Both the position numbers and the translations under genes were made by a program. Under the pieces are notes generated by a model that was not told where the DNA came from, did not search any database, and was given only the letters and a program-made list of their open reading frames with translations. Shown here piece after piece: positions 39,140 through 52,680 of a stretch of 64,000 nucleotides of DNA. The stretch's first letter is position 1. Every line of letters starts with the position of its first letter. The stretch is from Camelus ferus (lineage: Eukaryota): the NCBI RefSeq assembly GCF_009834535.1, contig NC_045696.1, forward strand, positions 12,216,001 to 12,280,000. Direction: 5' to 3'.

Positions 39140-39510
39140 GAATTGACTCTCAGTAACTTCATTTATCTCCACTTCTATTTGGAGAGTTTGAAAGCTGAAA
39201 ACTACCTTTTCCAGTCTCTCTTGTAGATCTGGTTTGGGGTATAAGATTCAGCCAAGCACAATTTAGAAGTCAGAATGAGAAGGAAGCCACCTTCTTATTA
39301 TTGTACAAATAAATGTTTCTACTGCAAGTTCTATTCTCTAGTCACCAGCTTTGCAAGTAGCAAAAGCAGGTTCCTGAAAAGAAATGTGAATTTCTGCTCT
39401 TCCAGACATTTCTACAGTTTTTAAAGACTGTTAACTCCATAAATTAAATTCTATTCTGCTAGAAACACCTAGAGTGGTTCCTCTTTTCCATACTGAACCC
39501 TGATCCATCC
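39140..39510 (+). mobile_element. LTR16-like ERVL LTR remnant
   Basis: aaagctgaaaactaccttttccagtctctcttgtag ... ctagagtggttcc...actgaaccctga. Confidence 0.6.
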
Positions 39511-39919
39511 ACTAACCATGTATAATTGACAAGCTATTTGAGACTTACTGATCATAGATAAATATGAATAATATTATTTTAACTGAAAAGGACTATAGCT
39601 AGGTTTATACTTTCCAAACGCGAAAGAGGGAAACAAATGAATTATATAAATATATCAAAAGGAAGACTATAAGGAAACAGCAAAGAAAATTTTAAAATCA
39701 TAAAGCACACGGACAGAATAACAAGCATATATGCTAGTAAAATAAATTTAAATAGAGTGGATGCATAACATCTGTTAAAAGAAAACAATAAGACAGCATG
39801 TATGTCTCTTCTCCTTTTGAAATCTCACTAAGAGAAGAATGAATTCCCAAGTAGAATTTAAAAGAAGCATAGGGATAAATTAAGAATTTAAGATTAACAG
39901 AAAACACACTACTATGTTT

Positions 39920-40090
39920 AAAACAGGTAAACAACAGGACCTACTGTATAGCACAGGGCAATGTAGTCAATATCTTGTGAAAACCTATAATGGAAAAGAA
40001 TCTGAAATAGAATACATATATGTGTGTGTGTGCAACTGAATCATTTTGCTACACACCTGAAACTACACTTCATTCATAAATAAATAGATA
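39920..40090 (+). mobile_element. L1 3' end
   Basis: aaacaacaggacctactgtatagcacaggg ... ctacacacctgaaacta. Confidence 0.9.
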
Positions 40091-41149
40091 AATGGAACGT
40101 AAACCTAGAAGAGTGAAGATAATGAAAGGAGTTTCCAAATAAATGAGAGATGTCAATTATCTAGAAGTCAGAACATATGAAGAAATGAGTAGATAAATGA
40201 AACGAGCAGAGATAACCAGAGCCTGGAATCCGAGCGCTACAGAGGCTGTGGGAGCCTCTCTTGCTAACGGAATTTCTGAGGCACTGGACTCGCAGCTGAC
40301 CAAGAGGGGCAGGAGAAGACTGAGCAGTGAGACTCAGATATTTAATATATGTTCTGCAACTGTATGCTTGAATACATTGTGCTTGTTAGAATATCTCTAT
40401 ATTCTATCGACTAGTGTGTTTAAAATAGCCCAAAATTATTTTTTTTTCATTTGATATCAAACATCGGAAGGAAGAGAGAAAGCAAGAAGTAAAGAAACAT
40501 GAACCAAATATTCTATGTTAGGAATCAATAACTATTTTTCAATTTTCTAAAGGGAACAATCAAGTATTATAGGTATTAACATATGAAGGGGGACACTTAG
40601 CATGAGCTTAGAGGGAGATTGACTTTTCTGACATGCTAATTGAGTGTTTTACTATATGTAACTTTTATATCCTTGGGGATAGGTTGGCAAAGGACTTCAA
40701 AGGAAAGAATAGACTCAAAGGTGGAAGACACACTTTTTCAAAGGAGGGGGTTTCTGTCATCTATGACTTTGTGTGTGACCTGATTTTCCTTTCTTAAAAT
40801 GTCTACTTCTGATCAGCCTATTTGTTATGCCTGCACTTTCCCATCCCAGGTCTCTAGATATCTTGGCATCTTTAAGCACATTGCCGTACAGACACTTACA
40901 ACTCCAACACTCATAGAAGAAATAAGTTTAAGACCAATTACTAATGAATTATTACTGATGCAATTGTAGTTATGGTGTGAGGTCATCCCACATATTCCAT
41001 TACTATTCTAATACTTGAAAACAAAACCCTTTTACACCGTGAATTAATTCATATAATGTAATGTTGGTATTATTTTTATGCAAATGTTGGGAAACAGGAA
41101 TTGATTTTCATGGGTAATTAAAATTTGAAAGGTAGAAACACATTCAGCA

Positions 41150-41440
41150 GCATAAAGACCGTAGAAAATGAATTTCTCTAGAAAAACTATAGAAACACTG
41201 GGCGAAATTTTCTCAATCAATATTTTCATAACTTTGGAAATCAGCCAAAGGTTTTCAGTCATTTTTCGTGTGCTTGTGAGGAAAGATGGATCTCAGTAAG
41301 AGCAGCTGAAATGTGTGGTGTTGCTACCTTGCCCTGGTTCCACCCCCGCCATATTCCTGTAGCTCCGCAACAGCCTTGAAAACCAGCAGCCTCACAGCCA
41401 GCACAGCCGTAAAATTCAGGACTCTACCAGCCACTGCTGG
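41150..41440 (+). mobile_element. old L1M 5'UTR fragment
   Basis: aactttggaaatcagccaaagg...ctcagtaagagcag...gccttgaaaaccagcagcc. Confidence 0.6.
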
Positions 41441-43420
41441 CTGGTCTATGTCCCCACAGATACCGTGTGATCTTGATGACTATAGGATTATGCTGACGCT
41501 TTGAAATCAGGGAGGCTGATTCCTCTCACTTTGTTCTTTCTAAAAATTATTCAAGCTATTTCAACTCTTTTGCCTTTCCATGGAAATGTTAGAATAATCT
41601 TGTCTATGTCGATAAGAAGTCTCACTGATATTTTGATAGAAATTGCATTAAACTCGTACATCAACCTGGGGAGAACTGACATCTTTATCATGTTGAGTCT
41701 TCCAATCCGTAAACGCATGAATCTGTGAATCCATTAAGTGGAGGACGTCTCTCCATGTATTTAGATGGTCATTGCTTGCTCTTATCAATGTTTTATTGTT
41801 TTCGGCATACAAATCCTGTAGGTGTTTTGGTCAATTTACAACTTAATATTTCATTTCTTTTTTTTTTTTTTTTTTTTTGAGCTATTATTAACAGCTATAC
41901 ACTGGAATTTGGCACTGCATTTTTAATTCATGTATTCATTGCTATCATCCTGAAATAGAATTTATTTTGTATGTTTATTTTGTATTCTGTGACCTTGCTG
42001 AACTCATTTATTAGTTCTAGGAGTTTTGCTGGGTGGGGGTGGTTATAGATTCTTTGGGATTTTCTATGTAGACCATCACGTCACTTGCAAATAGGGACAG
42101 TTTTAGTTCTTCTTTTCCTTTCTACATTCCTTTTATTCCCTTTATTTGCCTTGTATTGTTCTATCTAGGCCTTCCAGCACTATATAGAATATCTTTGCCT
42201 AGTTTCTAATCTTGGGAGCAAAGCATTCAGCCTTTACAATTAAATGTGATGGTAGATGGAAGTGATTTGTAGATGTTCTTTAGCACGTTTATAGTTTCCT
42301 TCATTCGTATTTTTCTGAAAGTTATTATCATGATTGAGTGTTGAACTTTGCCAAATTCTTTTACTACATTAATGATATAAACTTGTGATTTTTCTTCTTT
42401 GGTCTATTAATATAGTGGATTTCATTGACTTGTTTTCAAACATTAAATGAGCCTCCCAGCACAGGAATAAGCCCCACTTAGTTATGATGTACAATTCTTT
42501 TCCTATATTGCCGAATTATACTTAATGATATTTTGATAAAGATTTTTACATCCATGTTTATGAGAGATTATTGGTCTGTAATTTTGTTGTTGCTGTTCTC
42601 TTTGTTTTTGGTATCAGGGAACATAAATGTCATAAAACAAATTAAGAAATGTTTACTTCTCTCTTCTGGAGAAATTGGGTAGATGTGGTGTTAATTCCTT
42701 AAACATTTTGTAGAATTCTCTGGGAAACCATTTGTGCTTGTAGATTTCTCCTTTTTAGGAGTTTAGTTGCAAATTTGACTGAGTTACAATTAACTTTCCT
42801 TAATAGTTATAGGGATGCTCAAATGATCTGTTACCTATGGGTGTGTTGTAACCATCTGGGCTCTTTGAGAAATTGATCCATTTCATCTAAGTTGACAAGT
42901 TTATGTAAGTAAAGTTCTTGGTAGCATTGCCTTATTATCTTTTTGGTGTCTGCAGGGTTAGTACTGAGACGGTTGTTTCATTCCTCACGATTGACGATTT
43001 ATGTCTTCTCTCTTTTTTTTCCTTGGTAAGTCTTGGTAGAGATTTATCAATTGTATTGATTTTTTCAAAGAACCAATGTTTGCTTTATTACTTTTCTGTT
43101 TTAAATACATTGATTTATACTTTTACCTTTATTATTTTCTTCCTTATGCTTATTTGGTTTTCTTTTGCTCTTCATTTCCTGCATTTCTGAGGTGAGAATT
43201 TAGATTATTAATATGAGATTTTCCTCTCTTCTAACGTGTATATTAGTGTCATAATTTTTCTTTCCAGCACTAATTTAGCTGTGCATCACAAAATTTGATA
43301 TATTTTTATTTTTATTTCATTTTTGGTCTTTTTTTTTTGTTCTTGATACTTCCCCCTTAACTCATTGATTATTTAGAAATGCACTGTCTAGTTTCCAAGT
43401 ATTTGGAGATTTCTCCCGTT

Positions 43421-43936
43421 TTAAGTGAGAAAAAGAAGTCTGACTCCATATTAGATCTGTTTCTTTGGTTCTAATCCTGTACTATTTCCTGTGGTTAGTT
43501 ATAGTGGTTTAGCAAGTTTTGTAAAAGAATTTTGCCTATAGCCTGAAATATGCAGGATAGCCATTCTCAAGGCTCTGATCTTTAAAGGCATAACACTTTC
43601 CCATTCATATGGAGATAAAAAGTTGCAGAACAGAGAACAACATTTGTCCTGTTGGAGGTTTACAGGAATATCATGACCTGACCTAAGTGGACAGCTGCAA
43701 AAACAAAGGATTCCAACCCCAAGAAGTTTGCAATAACCAACCACACTCCCTCCCCCTTTTAGAATAAAAGGAGCCTGAATACTGACTTGGGTGAAACAGT
43801 TCTCTAGGATATTAGTCTCCCATCTTTTCTGCCTATGGCTTTTTGAATAAAGTTGTTATTTCTTGCCCCCAAACCTCATCTCCCAGTTTATTGGACTTTC
43901 GTGAAGCAAGTAGCATGAGTTTGGACTTGGTAACAC
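43421..43936 (+). mobile_element. ERV1-like solo LTR inserted in L1
   Basis: agtctgactccatattag ... aataaaaggagcc ... gaataaagttg ... tttggacttggtaaca; L1 sequence resumes afterwards. Confidence 0.8.
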
Positions 43937-45098
43937 CTTTATTGGTTTTTAATTTGATTCCATTGTGATCAGAGAACACAGTTTGTATGATTTTAATTCT
44001 TTTAAATTTGTCCAGGTTTGCTTATATCAGGATATTACCTATCTTGATATATGTTCCAGGGACACTTATAACAAATACTTATTCTCCTGTTGTGGAGAAA
44101 TGTTTTGTAAATGTCAACTAGATCTTAAAAGATAATGTTGAATTCTTCTATACCCTTGTTGATTTTCTGTCTAGGTGGTCTATCAAGTGTTGAGAGAAGG
44201 GTGTTGAAGTCTCCAAAAATATTATGAACGTGTCTACTTATCTTTTCAGTCCCCTCATCTTTTGTTTCACATATTTTGCACTTCTATTGTTTGAAGCATA
44301 CACATTTAGGATTGCTATGACTTCTTGGTGTATTCACTCTTTCATCATTATATAATGCCCTTCTCTCTGCCTCTGGCGATTTTCTTTGTCCTGAAAACTA
44401 CTTTATATGATAATGCTATATAGCCAGTCCTGCTTTCTTTTGATTAATGTTTGCAAGACATATATGTTCCATTCTTGTACTTTTACCCTCCTTGTATTCT
44501 TATATTTGAAGTAAATATTTTATGGACAGACTATAGCTTGGTCATGTTTTCTAATTTACCATATGAATCTCTGTTTTTAAATTGGTATACTTAACGTAAT
44601 TACTAATATGTTGGATTTTATGTCTGCCCTCCAGATCTTATTTTGTTTTCTGCCTGTTTATTGTTGCCTACCTTCCCATGGGTAATGTGACAATTTTTTT
44701 TAGATTTTCCTTTCGATATATCTATCAGGATTTTTAATACACATACTTGCGTAGTTTTATTAGTGGCTGCTCTAGGTGTTACATTGTATACTCACATAAC
44801 ATGTCACTTCTGCTAATGTTGAAAGTTTTCCAGTTCAAGTGAAATGTTGAAGCTTTATCTCCCTTTACATCGCTCTTCTCTCTCCTATTTATAACATAAT
44901 TGTCTTCACTATTTCCTATATATTTAGAAAAGCATCAGCCAGTGTTACAATTTTGCCTCAATCATCACTCATGATGTAGAAAACTCTAGAGAAGTAAAGT
45001 ATACTTTGTTTACCCATATTTTTGCTTGTAACATGCTCTGTCTTCCTTCCTGACATCCCAAGTTTCCTTCTTTTATCATTTTCTTTTCGTTTAGAGAA

Positions 45099-45523
45099 TA
45101 CTATGGACTGAAATGCCACCTTCCAAAATTCATATATTGTGAACTTGACCCACAATGTGGGGTGTAATTGACAATAAGTGAGATCATTAAGAGTGGGGCC
45201 CTGATATGATAGGATTCGTGGACTTAAGAGAAGAGACACCAGAAAGCTAACACTCACTTGCTTTATCCCTACCTGTCTGTTCAATCCTCAGTACCTCTGT
45301 CTCTCTCTCTCTGTTTCTTCTCTCATTTTTTCCAATGAAAACAGGTCATATGAGCACACAGTGAGATGCAGCCACCTTCTACAAGCTGGGAAGAGAGAGC
45401 TCACCATAAACTGACAATGCTACACTTTGATCTCACACTTCAAACCCCAGAAATATGAGAAAATAAATGCTGTTTAAGTCACCCAGTCTACGGTATTTTT
45501 GTTATGGCAGCCCAAACTAATAC
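45099..45523 (+). mobile_element. MaLR solo LTR (MLT1A-like) inserted in L1
   Basis: tactatggactgaaatg ... gttatggcagcccaaactaataca; near-TSD gagaa/gagag. Confidence 0.85.
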
Positions 45524-46269
45524 AGAGAGCTTCATTTAGGCATTCTTTTAAGGTAGGTCTGCTGGTGATAAAGTATCTTAATTTGCCTTCCTTGGAAAAT
45601 GTCGGCAGTTTTTGTACATTCCTGATAAGAATGTTCATTGTATATAGAATTCTATGTTGACATTTATTTTCTTTCAGCACTTAAAAAAAACTCTGTGCCA
45701 TTGATTTCTGATAAGAAATGTAAAGTTATTCAAACTTCTTTCTCTTATAGGTAAGATATCAGTTCTCCTTAGCTGCTCCTAAGATTTCTATTTGCCTTTA
45801 GTCTTCAGAAATTTGATGATAATATGTCTTGCTGTGGACTTTCAGAGTTTATCCTGTTTGGATTTTCTTAACTTCTTGAATCTGTACATTGATTTTTTTT
45901 TTTTTTTGCCAAATCTGTGAATTTTTCAGTTATTGTTTCTTTAAATTTCTTTTAGTCCCACCTTCTTTCTTCTCTCCTGCTAAGACTCTGATGACATGAG
46001 TGTTTAATCTTTTCTATAATCCTAGATTGGGAAATTTCTGTTGCTCAATTTTGTCCATTCGTTGATGTTTTTGAGTGCTTTTTTTTTTTTTTTTGAGGGA
46101 AGAGTATTCTATTATTTAGTTTTAAATTTTTCATTTGGCTCCACTTTGTATCTTCTATTTCTTTGATGATACTTTTTCCTTCTTATTTTCAGTGTGTTTG
46201 TAATTGCTTGCCAAATCATTTTTAGGATGACTATATTACAATTTTGTCAGATAATTCTAGTATTTTTCA

Positions 46270-46395
46270 GGGGGAGGGTATTGCTCAGTGGTAGAGTGTG
46301 TGCTTAGCAGGCATGAGGTCCTGGGTTCAATCCTCAGTACCTCTGTTCAAATAAATAAATAAATAAATCGAATTACCTCTCCCCCCAAAAAATTA
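46270..46395 (+). mobile_element. tRNA-derived SINE (camelid Vic-1-like)
   Basis: ggggagggtattgctcagtggtagagtg...gggttcaatcctcagtacc with (aaat)n; TSD aattctagtatttttca / aattgtagtattttca. Confidence 0.92.
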
Positions 46396-48959
46396 TTTTT
46401 AAAAATTGTAGTATTTTCATTGTCTTAGTGTTGGCATCTATTTATCATCTTTTTTGTTCAGTTAGTGATGTTCCTGTTTCCTGACAATGAGTGATATTCT
46501 ATTAAATCTAAACAGTTTCAGCATTGTGTTATGAGACTCTGGGCCTTCTTTAAGCCTGTTTTATGGCTGTCTCTGAAGGAACAGGAGGTAATGCCTCCTT
46601 GTTACTGCCAGGGGGAGTTAGAAGTCCAAGACCTTACCCTCCATTATCACCCAAGTGGGAGAGGAGTTCCTTGTTACTGTTGGATGAGTGTGGGAGTTCC
46701 ACCTCCCCTCTAGATGTCTGCTGATACTCTGGCTGGGAAGACAAGTGTGTTTTATTATGGCTTCTCATGAGGCCCCCACTGACACCACTGAGAGGGTAAC
46801 AGGGGAACAGTGAACGTTCTGACTCTCCTCTAGGAAGGAAGTGGAGAAATTCTTATTTCCAGGTGGAGATGGAAGCCCAACATCCCCAAGTGGTCTCCAC
46901 TGATGCCACAGGACAAGTAAGAGTGAGTCATCACCTTTAGTGAGGAATAAATCTACAACTTTCTATTTCATCTTCTCTGACACCACCTTAGAGTTTGAGG
47001 TAACTCTCTACAACCTAACAAGAGTAGAAATCTAGTCTCCCCACTTGGCCTTTGCTGCCTGGGGTTGGGGTAAAGCCAAATTTTTTCTGTGGTGTTTAGC
47101 CAGAGTATGCCTGTTATTATCTGAAAGCTTTCTTTCTTGCAAGTCTGCCCTTTTCCTGGTCTTTTGGCTAGAGAGAGCAGGCTTTTGTTGGGAAATTTTG
47201 TTTCCACATATCTGTTGTCATTTCTGGGTTTCCAGCTTCTTCAGCTCCAAGTTGAAGATATGTAAGGCAAAAAGAAAATACAAGAACACATCACCATGTT
47301 GTTATTCAGGCCTAAAGATTCCTAGCTAGTCTTCCTTCTTCTCTTCATCTTTCAAATTCTTCTTATACTTGTTTTATGTGTAATGTCCAGGGCTTTCAGT
47401 TGTACTTTGTAGGAGTACATCTACGCTATCTTTCCAGAAGCAAAACTCTTAAGAGAGATTGATTTTTAAAATCACACTGGGAGGAAACTTGATCAAGTAC
47501 ATACACAGTTATGCATACATGACTTAAAATAAGGGCCTTGAGACAAGGAAATGACCCATATAAGGGCAAATAGAATGCAATGATTTTGCTTAGGCAATAA
47601 GGATCAAACCACAGAGAAGATGAAGGCTTACTAACTCAGCATGAGCTACACTGGTTATAGAGAATAGATTTACCTGACTGTTACAGTCAAGATTCTGGAG
47701 CCCAGAGAGGGCAAAACCACACAATTAGTATCTCTTCCAGAAGTCCATCATGAGCAGGGATAATCAGATTCCTGGTGGCCACCTGCTTAATACTGGTTTT
47801 ATAACCTCAACAGAATTTCACACTAGGTTGTTTGGTGCAAATTTATTTCTTGGCACCTGTTTCATGAGCTTCCCTCTTTGCTTCTGGATGTTCAGCCAGT
47901 AAGAAGGATCCATTTCTTTAATTTTGAAGATAGAGAAATATAGGAAGCCAAAATCAATCTAGGGGCTCCTTGTAGAGACTGGACATGAAATTTCAGAATA
48001 AACAAAATCATCATTGTGTTATGAACTCTCTTAAATTTCCTTAATGGTTCACATTTCTGAGCTCCTTTGGATAATCTGGTAATGGTGTGCAATGTTATGG
48101 TGCCTGGTTCATAGCAAAAGCACGCCATGGATAAAGACTTTGAAAGAATTTATTCAGGTAATAGATACTCCTTTGTAATGAGGAACAGATTTAATGGAAT
48201 GATGACTTGTTCCCACACAACAATCTGAATATTAGACTTTGAAGCTAAGTTCTCCCTAGTCTAGCCATAAAGTGGAGAAGTTTTATTTATTTGTTTGTTT
48301 TTTAAGTAGAAGGAGACAGAACATATTAACATATAACTTCTTACCCTAAGAATGTGAAACCCTACCTTCCTGACAAAAAATCTGTCCACTAATTAAAAAG
48401 GACTGAGTTGGCATTCTTAAAGTGTCTCTTTGCTTACTGAACACTTGCTTTGAGTGAGAAGCCAAAAGCACATGGCTATTTTTCTTTCAGGATTGCATTC
48501 AATAAGCATCACTGGAATTTCACAATGTTGAGGAAGGTCCTTTAGGAGAGAAAATGAGATGCCGCTTTCCGTTTTCTAAACCACAGAGAGCTGAGGAAGG
48601 GACTCTGAAACAATAACCCAGAGAGTCAGTACTGGTGACAAAGGGACCAGAAAAACAGCCAAATCCTGTACAATAAGGCCAAAATATTTTTTTAAATAGC
48701 TTACAATGCTAAAATGGGTCATGTCAAATGTCTAGAAATGCTTTCAGTAACTATCTTTATTGGTAACTTTTATGTGGCTCTAGTCATGTGTCATAGGACT
48801 GAACCAGAGCAGAGAAATCCACATGGAGTATGGCCCTGAAGCAATATTATGTGGTTTCAAAACTGCAGCTGTAGGACAAGGAAATCCACTTGATGTTTCC
48901 ATTAGTGTATTATTCAAGTTCAGTCCATTGGTAAGCATTTCAAATTGGGAAATGCCAAT

Positions 48960-49140
48960 ATGCTGTAGTGGTAGGGGACTGGACCAGAAGTCGAAAATCT
49001 GAATCTGAGTCCTCATGGCCACTGATGACACAACATTTTTCCTGAGTCTTTCCTTGTTTGTAAATTGGAAAAATAATAATAGCTGTTCTGAAAACCTCAC
49101 TGGGTAGCTCCAAGTAACAAAAAATAAAACTATTTACGAA
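48960..49140 (+). mobile_element. MIR remnant
   Basis: ggactggaccagaagtc...cctgagtctttccttgtttgtaaattggaaaataataat. Confidence 0.7.
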
Positions 49141-49779
49141 GGGCAGTTCATACCAAAGCAGTCACGAAACCCTTAGACAGCAGACTCCAAGTGGCTGTAG
49201 CTGGACACTAAACCAGCACCAAGAAGAGATGTTTGTTGGTGCAGGTGCTGGGAAACAGCATGTGAAATTGTATCTGAACAGGAGCTAAATTTCTTCAGGC
49301 AGCATTCAGTTAGAAAGCTGTTCTCCTTAAAACACTCAGGAACATCCAGGTATGTGCACACTCAGACATACACACAAACACATACACAAACTGGTCCAAT
49401 AATTATTAAATACTATCCAAATGTCTTCTCTGTGTCAGCTGTTGTGCTTAGGGATGAAGGGATAAACAATTCCAATGCAGTCTTTCCTTTCACAGTACAC
49501 AAGTATGGTGAGGAAGACAGACAAATTCCACTCTAATTTACAAAAATATGCAATAACAACATGACAAGTTGCAGAAATTAGACTACACTGTTATGAATAT
49601 TATTCATTATTTTAACATACATATATTAGTATATATGTATACTGATTTTTAAAATTTTTAACAAGTTTAAAATATTCTTCTTTCATTTCCTAACATAAAG
49701 TATACATAATTAACAGTTGTCAAACTTGTATTTCAATATATATTGGTATCCAATAGAAAATGTGAAATCTAGAAAAGGA

Positions 49780-50602
49780 AAGAGCATTACCCAAAGATGA
49801 CCAAAGGGATTTTGTGTTCCTTCATGAGATGGTTCACATGTGTTCAGCTGTACGTGAGAAACATGATTTTTCTATGTCTTTATTTGGAAGTTAAAAGATT
49901 TCAAGTTGAATGTCGAGTTGACAAGGGGAAGTCTATGAATGAATGTTAAGTTGACAAGAGGAGGATCATGGTACTTTTCTATGGTGTCAACTTAGTTAAG
50001 CTAGAACTAGGTCTTCCAGAGTTCTGTTTTCTACATATTTCTGGATTAAGGTAGGCCAAAAGAGAAATTGCATAAGATTTGGATGGTGGAAGCCAAGTAG
50101 TGGCTGTTAATCTCTGAAGGTCACTGGCAGGCCCCAGGTGCCCCTGCAGCTCACGCGCATTGTCATGCTCTGCTGCATCGCCTGCTGGGGTGCAGAGGCA
50201 GCCAGACCCACAGCTCTTTCAGATCCTGCCAGACCTCTACCCTTAGGTTCAGGTATATGTGTTGCCCCCAGGTGAAGGGTATCTGTTCCTACTGTAAGAC
50301 ACTCATCATCCAAATTGGAGGAGGTGAGACTCAAGCACTGGTTCCAGTTTTTCCTTGTGGATTACAGTTTGTTCTCATGGGTTCCATTTGTTCTTGCTCT
50401 CTCTCCTACTCCATACCCAGCTTTTTTCCTATCAGCCTTGCAGACCTATGACAACTTCAGGTCCACCACCAGATACAATGGCAACAGTCTTCAGTAGAAT
50501 CCTTTGGCAGCTCCCACAGTTATGCGTGATCCGATCGCAACAATATATTCTTTTCTTTTCTCTATGGTGGCTCTGCTTCTCTGATTGAACCTTAACTGAT
50601 AC
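49780..50602 (+). mobile_element. ERVL internal 3' end with polypurine tract, plus LTR33-like 3' LTR
   Basis: agttgacaagggg PPT motif, then ggtgtcaacttagttaagctagaact ... gaaccttaactgataca. Confidence 0.75.
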
Positions 50603-51079
50603 AATATACTGGCAGCAAAATGAGGTCAAAAAATAAAGACAACATTAGATCAATAAAACAGTGAATTCAACAATCCAGAAACTTGTGATTGTTGACCCAA
50701 GATGATAGTTGTGGAAATCAGAAAGTAACCGGTTCAGACAGATCATAAGGATATGGACTTCGGCAAAGAAGCCTCCAGGCAAAAGAACTCTGTAGAAGAG
50801 ATAGCATGACTGAGAGAAGAGATAAAATCAAGGGTCTGATCAAAATCTGAAATAAAAGGAAACTTAAAAAACAGAAATCAATCCAAAGCTCCAAGTAAAA
50901 CAAACATCTGTATAAGCAGTTATGGTCCACATATCAAGTTACTGGTCCAAATTTAAACGTGAGGCCAGTGGCCTTCTGGAGGAAAAATGGAATGGATTTT
51001 TAAGCAAGAGTTAGAATGAGCAAAAAGCTAGGTGATATTAGGGACATAACAAAGAAAACATATGTTTCTTTTTTCTAAC

Positions 51080-51480
51080 AAAAAAAATAAAAATAAAAGC
51101 ATTTAGAAGCTCCAGATCACACCAAAAAAGCATAGTGAAAATATGAAAGAAACTAAAATGGGTCATGATTTTGAGCATTTAGAACTCAGTGAGAAATGAG
51201 AATTGATTTGAATATTCTCTGAGCAGTATCAGTGAGATTGTGTCAATGGCACTGTAAGAAATGAGACATAATTATATCATATCACTTGACTGTTGTAAAG
51301 GTTATTTACATACATGCCAATTTAATTGCAATTTATGTTGTTCGACTTTTAGAATCAACCTAAATAATTCTCAGATGACTAAATTCTTAATACCAAACAG
51401 AATATAAATGGACTCACCATTGAGGAAATAAAAGCCATAATATATCACTATGATAGTTTATAATATATTATCTTGACAAA
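51080..51480 (+). mobile_element. old L1MC-like 3'UTR remnant
   Basis: atgggtcatgattttgagc...gagacataattatatc...gacttttagaatcaacc. Confidence 0.55.
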
Positions 51481-51721
51481 TATATTAACAAAGTCACAGA
51501 AAAAAGAGTAAGAACACCATGTGATGTGCTTCACTCGCTACAAACTTTTGAGAAAATGACATCACAATAAAATATAGGATGATGCTTTGCTGCGAGAAGC
51601 ATGGGCTGGAGTTAAGAAAATTACCCTACATCATTGTAGTCTACCCCATAACAATTTAACATATAGTATAAAGCAATGATTTTCCACATTCCTTGAACAC
51701 TTGGATTTCTTTGAAGGTGAT

Positions 51722-52114
51722 TGTTACAGACTGAATGTATCCTCCCAAAATTCGTATCTTAAAGACAAACCCAAAGAGGTTGTATTTGGAGATGGGGCCT
51801 CTAAAGAAGTAATTGAAGTTAAATGAAGTCATTAGGATGGGGCTGTATCCTGATAGGACAAGTGTCCTTAAAGAAGAGACACCAGAGACCTCTCTCTCAC
51901 TGTCCACGTGCAAAAGCACTGAGGAAAGGCCATGTGAGGACCTAGCATGGCAGCCACCTACAACCTGGAAGAGAGTTCTCCCAGACACATGTTGGTCAGA
52001 ACCTTGACCTTGGGCTTCTAGCCTCAAGAACTGTGAGAAAATAAATGTATGTTGTTGAAGTCACTCAGGGTATATTTTGTTCTGGCGGCCCGAGGTATGA
52101 CAAAGACCAATACA
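51722..52114 (+). mobile_element. MaLR solo LTR (MLT1A-like)
   Basis: tgttacagactgaatgtatcctccc ... aactgtgagaaaataaatg ... accaataca. Confidence 0.9.
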
Positions 52115-52374
52115 ATGTTGAAAAGGTGAACAGAAGCTAACTGTCCCACGTTTCCAGTTTAATCATGTTACCTCCATGTTTATTTGATATTTATTTGTTC
52201 TTTATTATGTTTCATATTAGAGTTTTCCCGATGAAAGGAAAGAGTTCTTCTAATCCACCAAGAGAGCATCTCTGAAGAAATGGAATGTCAAAAGCATTTA
52301 AACGCAAAATAATTTCTGGTTCCTATTCTCAACTCCTAATGATTTTCTTTCATTTTGTCATTTTTTACATTGAT

Positions 52375-52680
52375 ATTTTATTTTTAAATAACGTCAAAGT
52401 TGCAGAAAAGTTGTTAAAAATTTACAAAGATCTCCCTTATGTTCTCTAGCCGTATTCAACAACAAATATTTTGCCAGACTGCTCACTCAGGTTGTCTCTT
52501 TCTCCCCTCCTCCTTTCTTCTCTCTTCACTTATGTATGTAAGTAATATAATAATATATACATAGAAATCTAAACCTTAAGGGTTAAACTGCAGATATCAC
52601 ACGTCCTCATTTCCTGAATATTTTAGCATATATTTCCCAAGAATGAGGGCATTCTCTTGTATACTTGCCTTCATGATAAC
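52375..52680 (-). mobile_element. old L1MC/ME 3' end
   Basis: ttttatttttaaataacgtcaaagttgcagaaaagttg ... tttcccaagaatgagggcattctc. Confidence 0.7.

Larger units (their letters stand above)
41441..47445 (-). mobile_element. long decayed old L1 (L1MC/MD-like): 5'UTR, ORF1, most of ORF2, with three nested insertions
   Basis: Antisense ORF2 text (gaaattgcattaaactcg...ggggagaactgacatc); ORF1 remnant LKENKCQHRILY...FITSRPTLKE (45474-45680); antisense start acgctatctttccagaag. Confidence 0.9.

Noticed and set aside
45735..45757. Second AG|GTAAG motif
   Set aside because: Lies within antisense L1 ORF1 sequence; repeat-derived
46270..46340. tRNA-like sequence (also at ~3510-3586 and ~8955-9030)
   Set aside because: Has an A-rich tail and a TSD and lacks an intact cloverleaf; these are SINEs, not tRNA genes
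48123..48165. Kozak gccATGG, MDKDFERIYS and donor CAG|gtaata
   Set aside because: Abuts a MIR/L2-like tail, with no promoter features or downstream exon support
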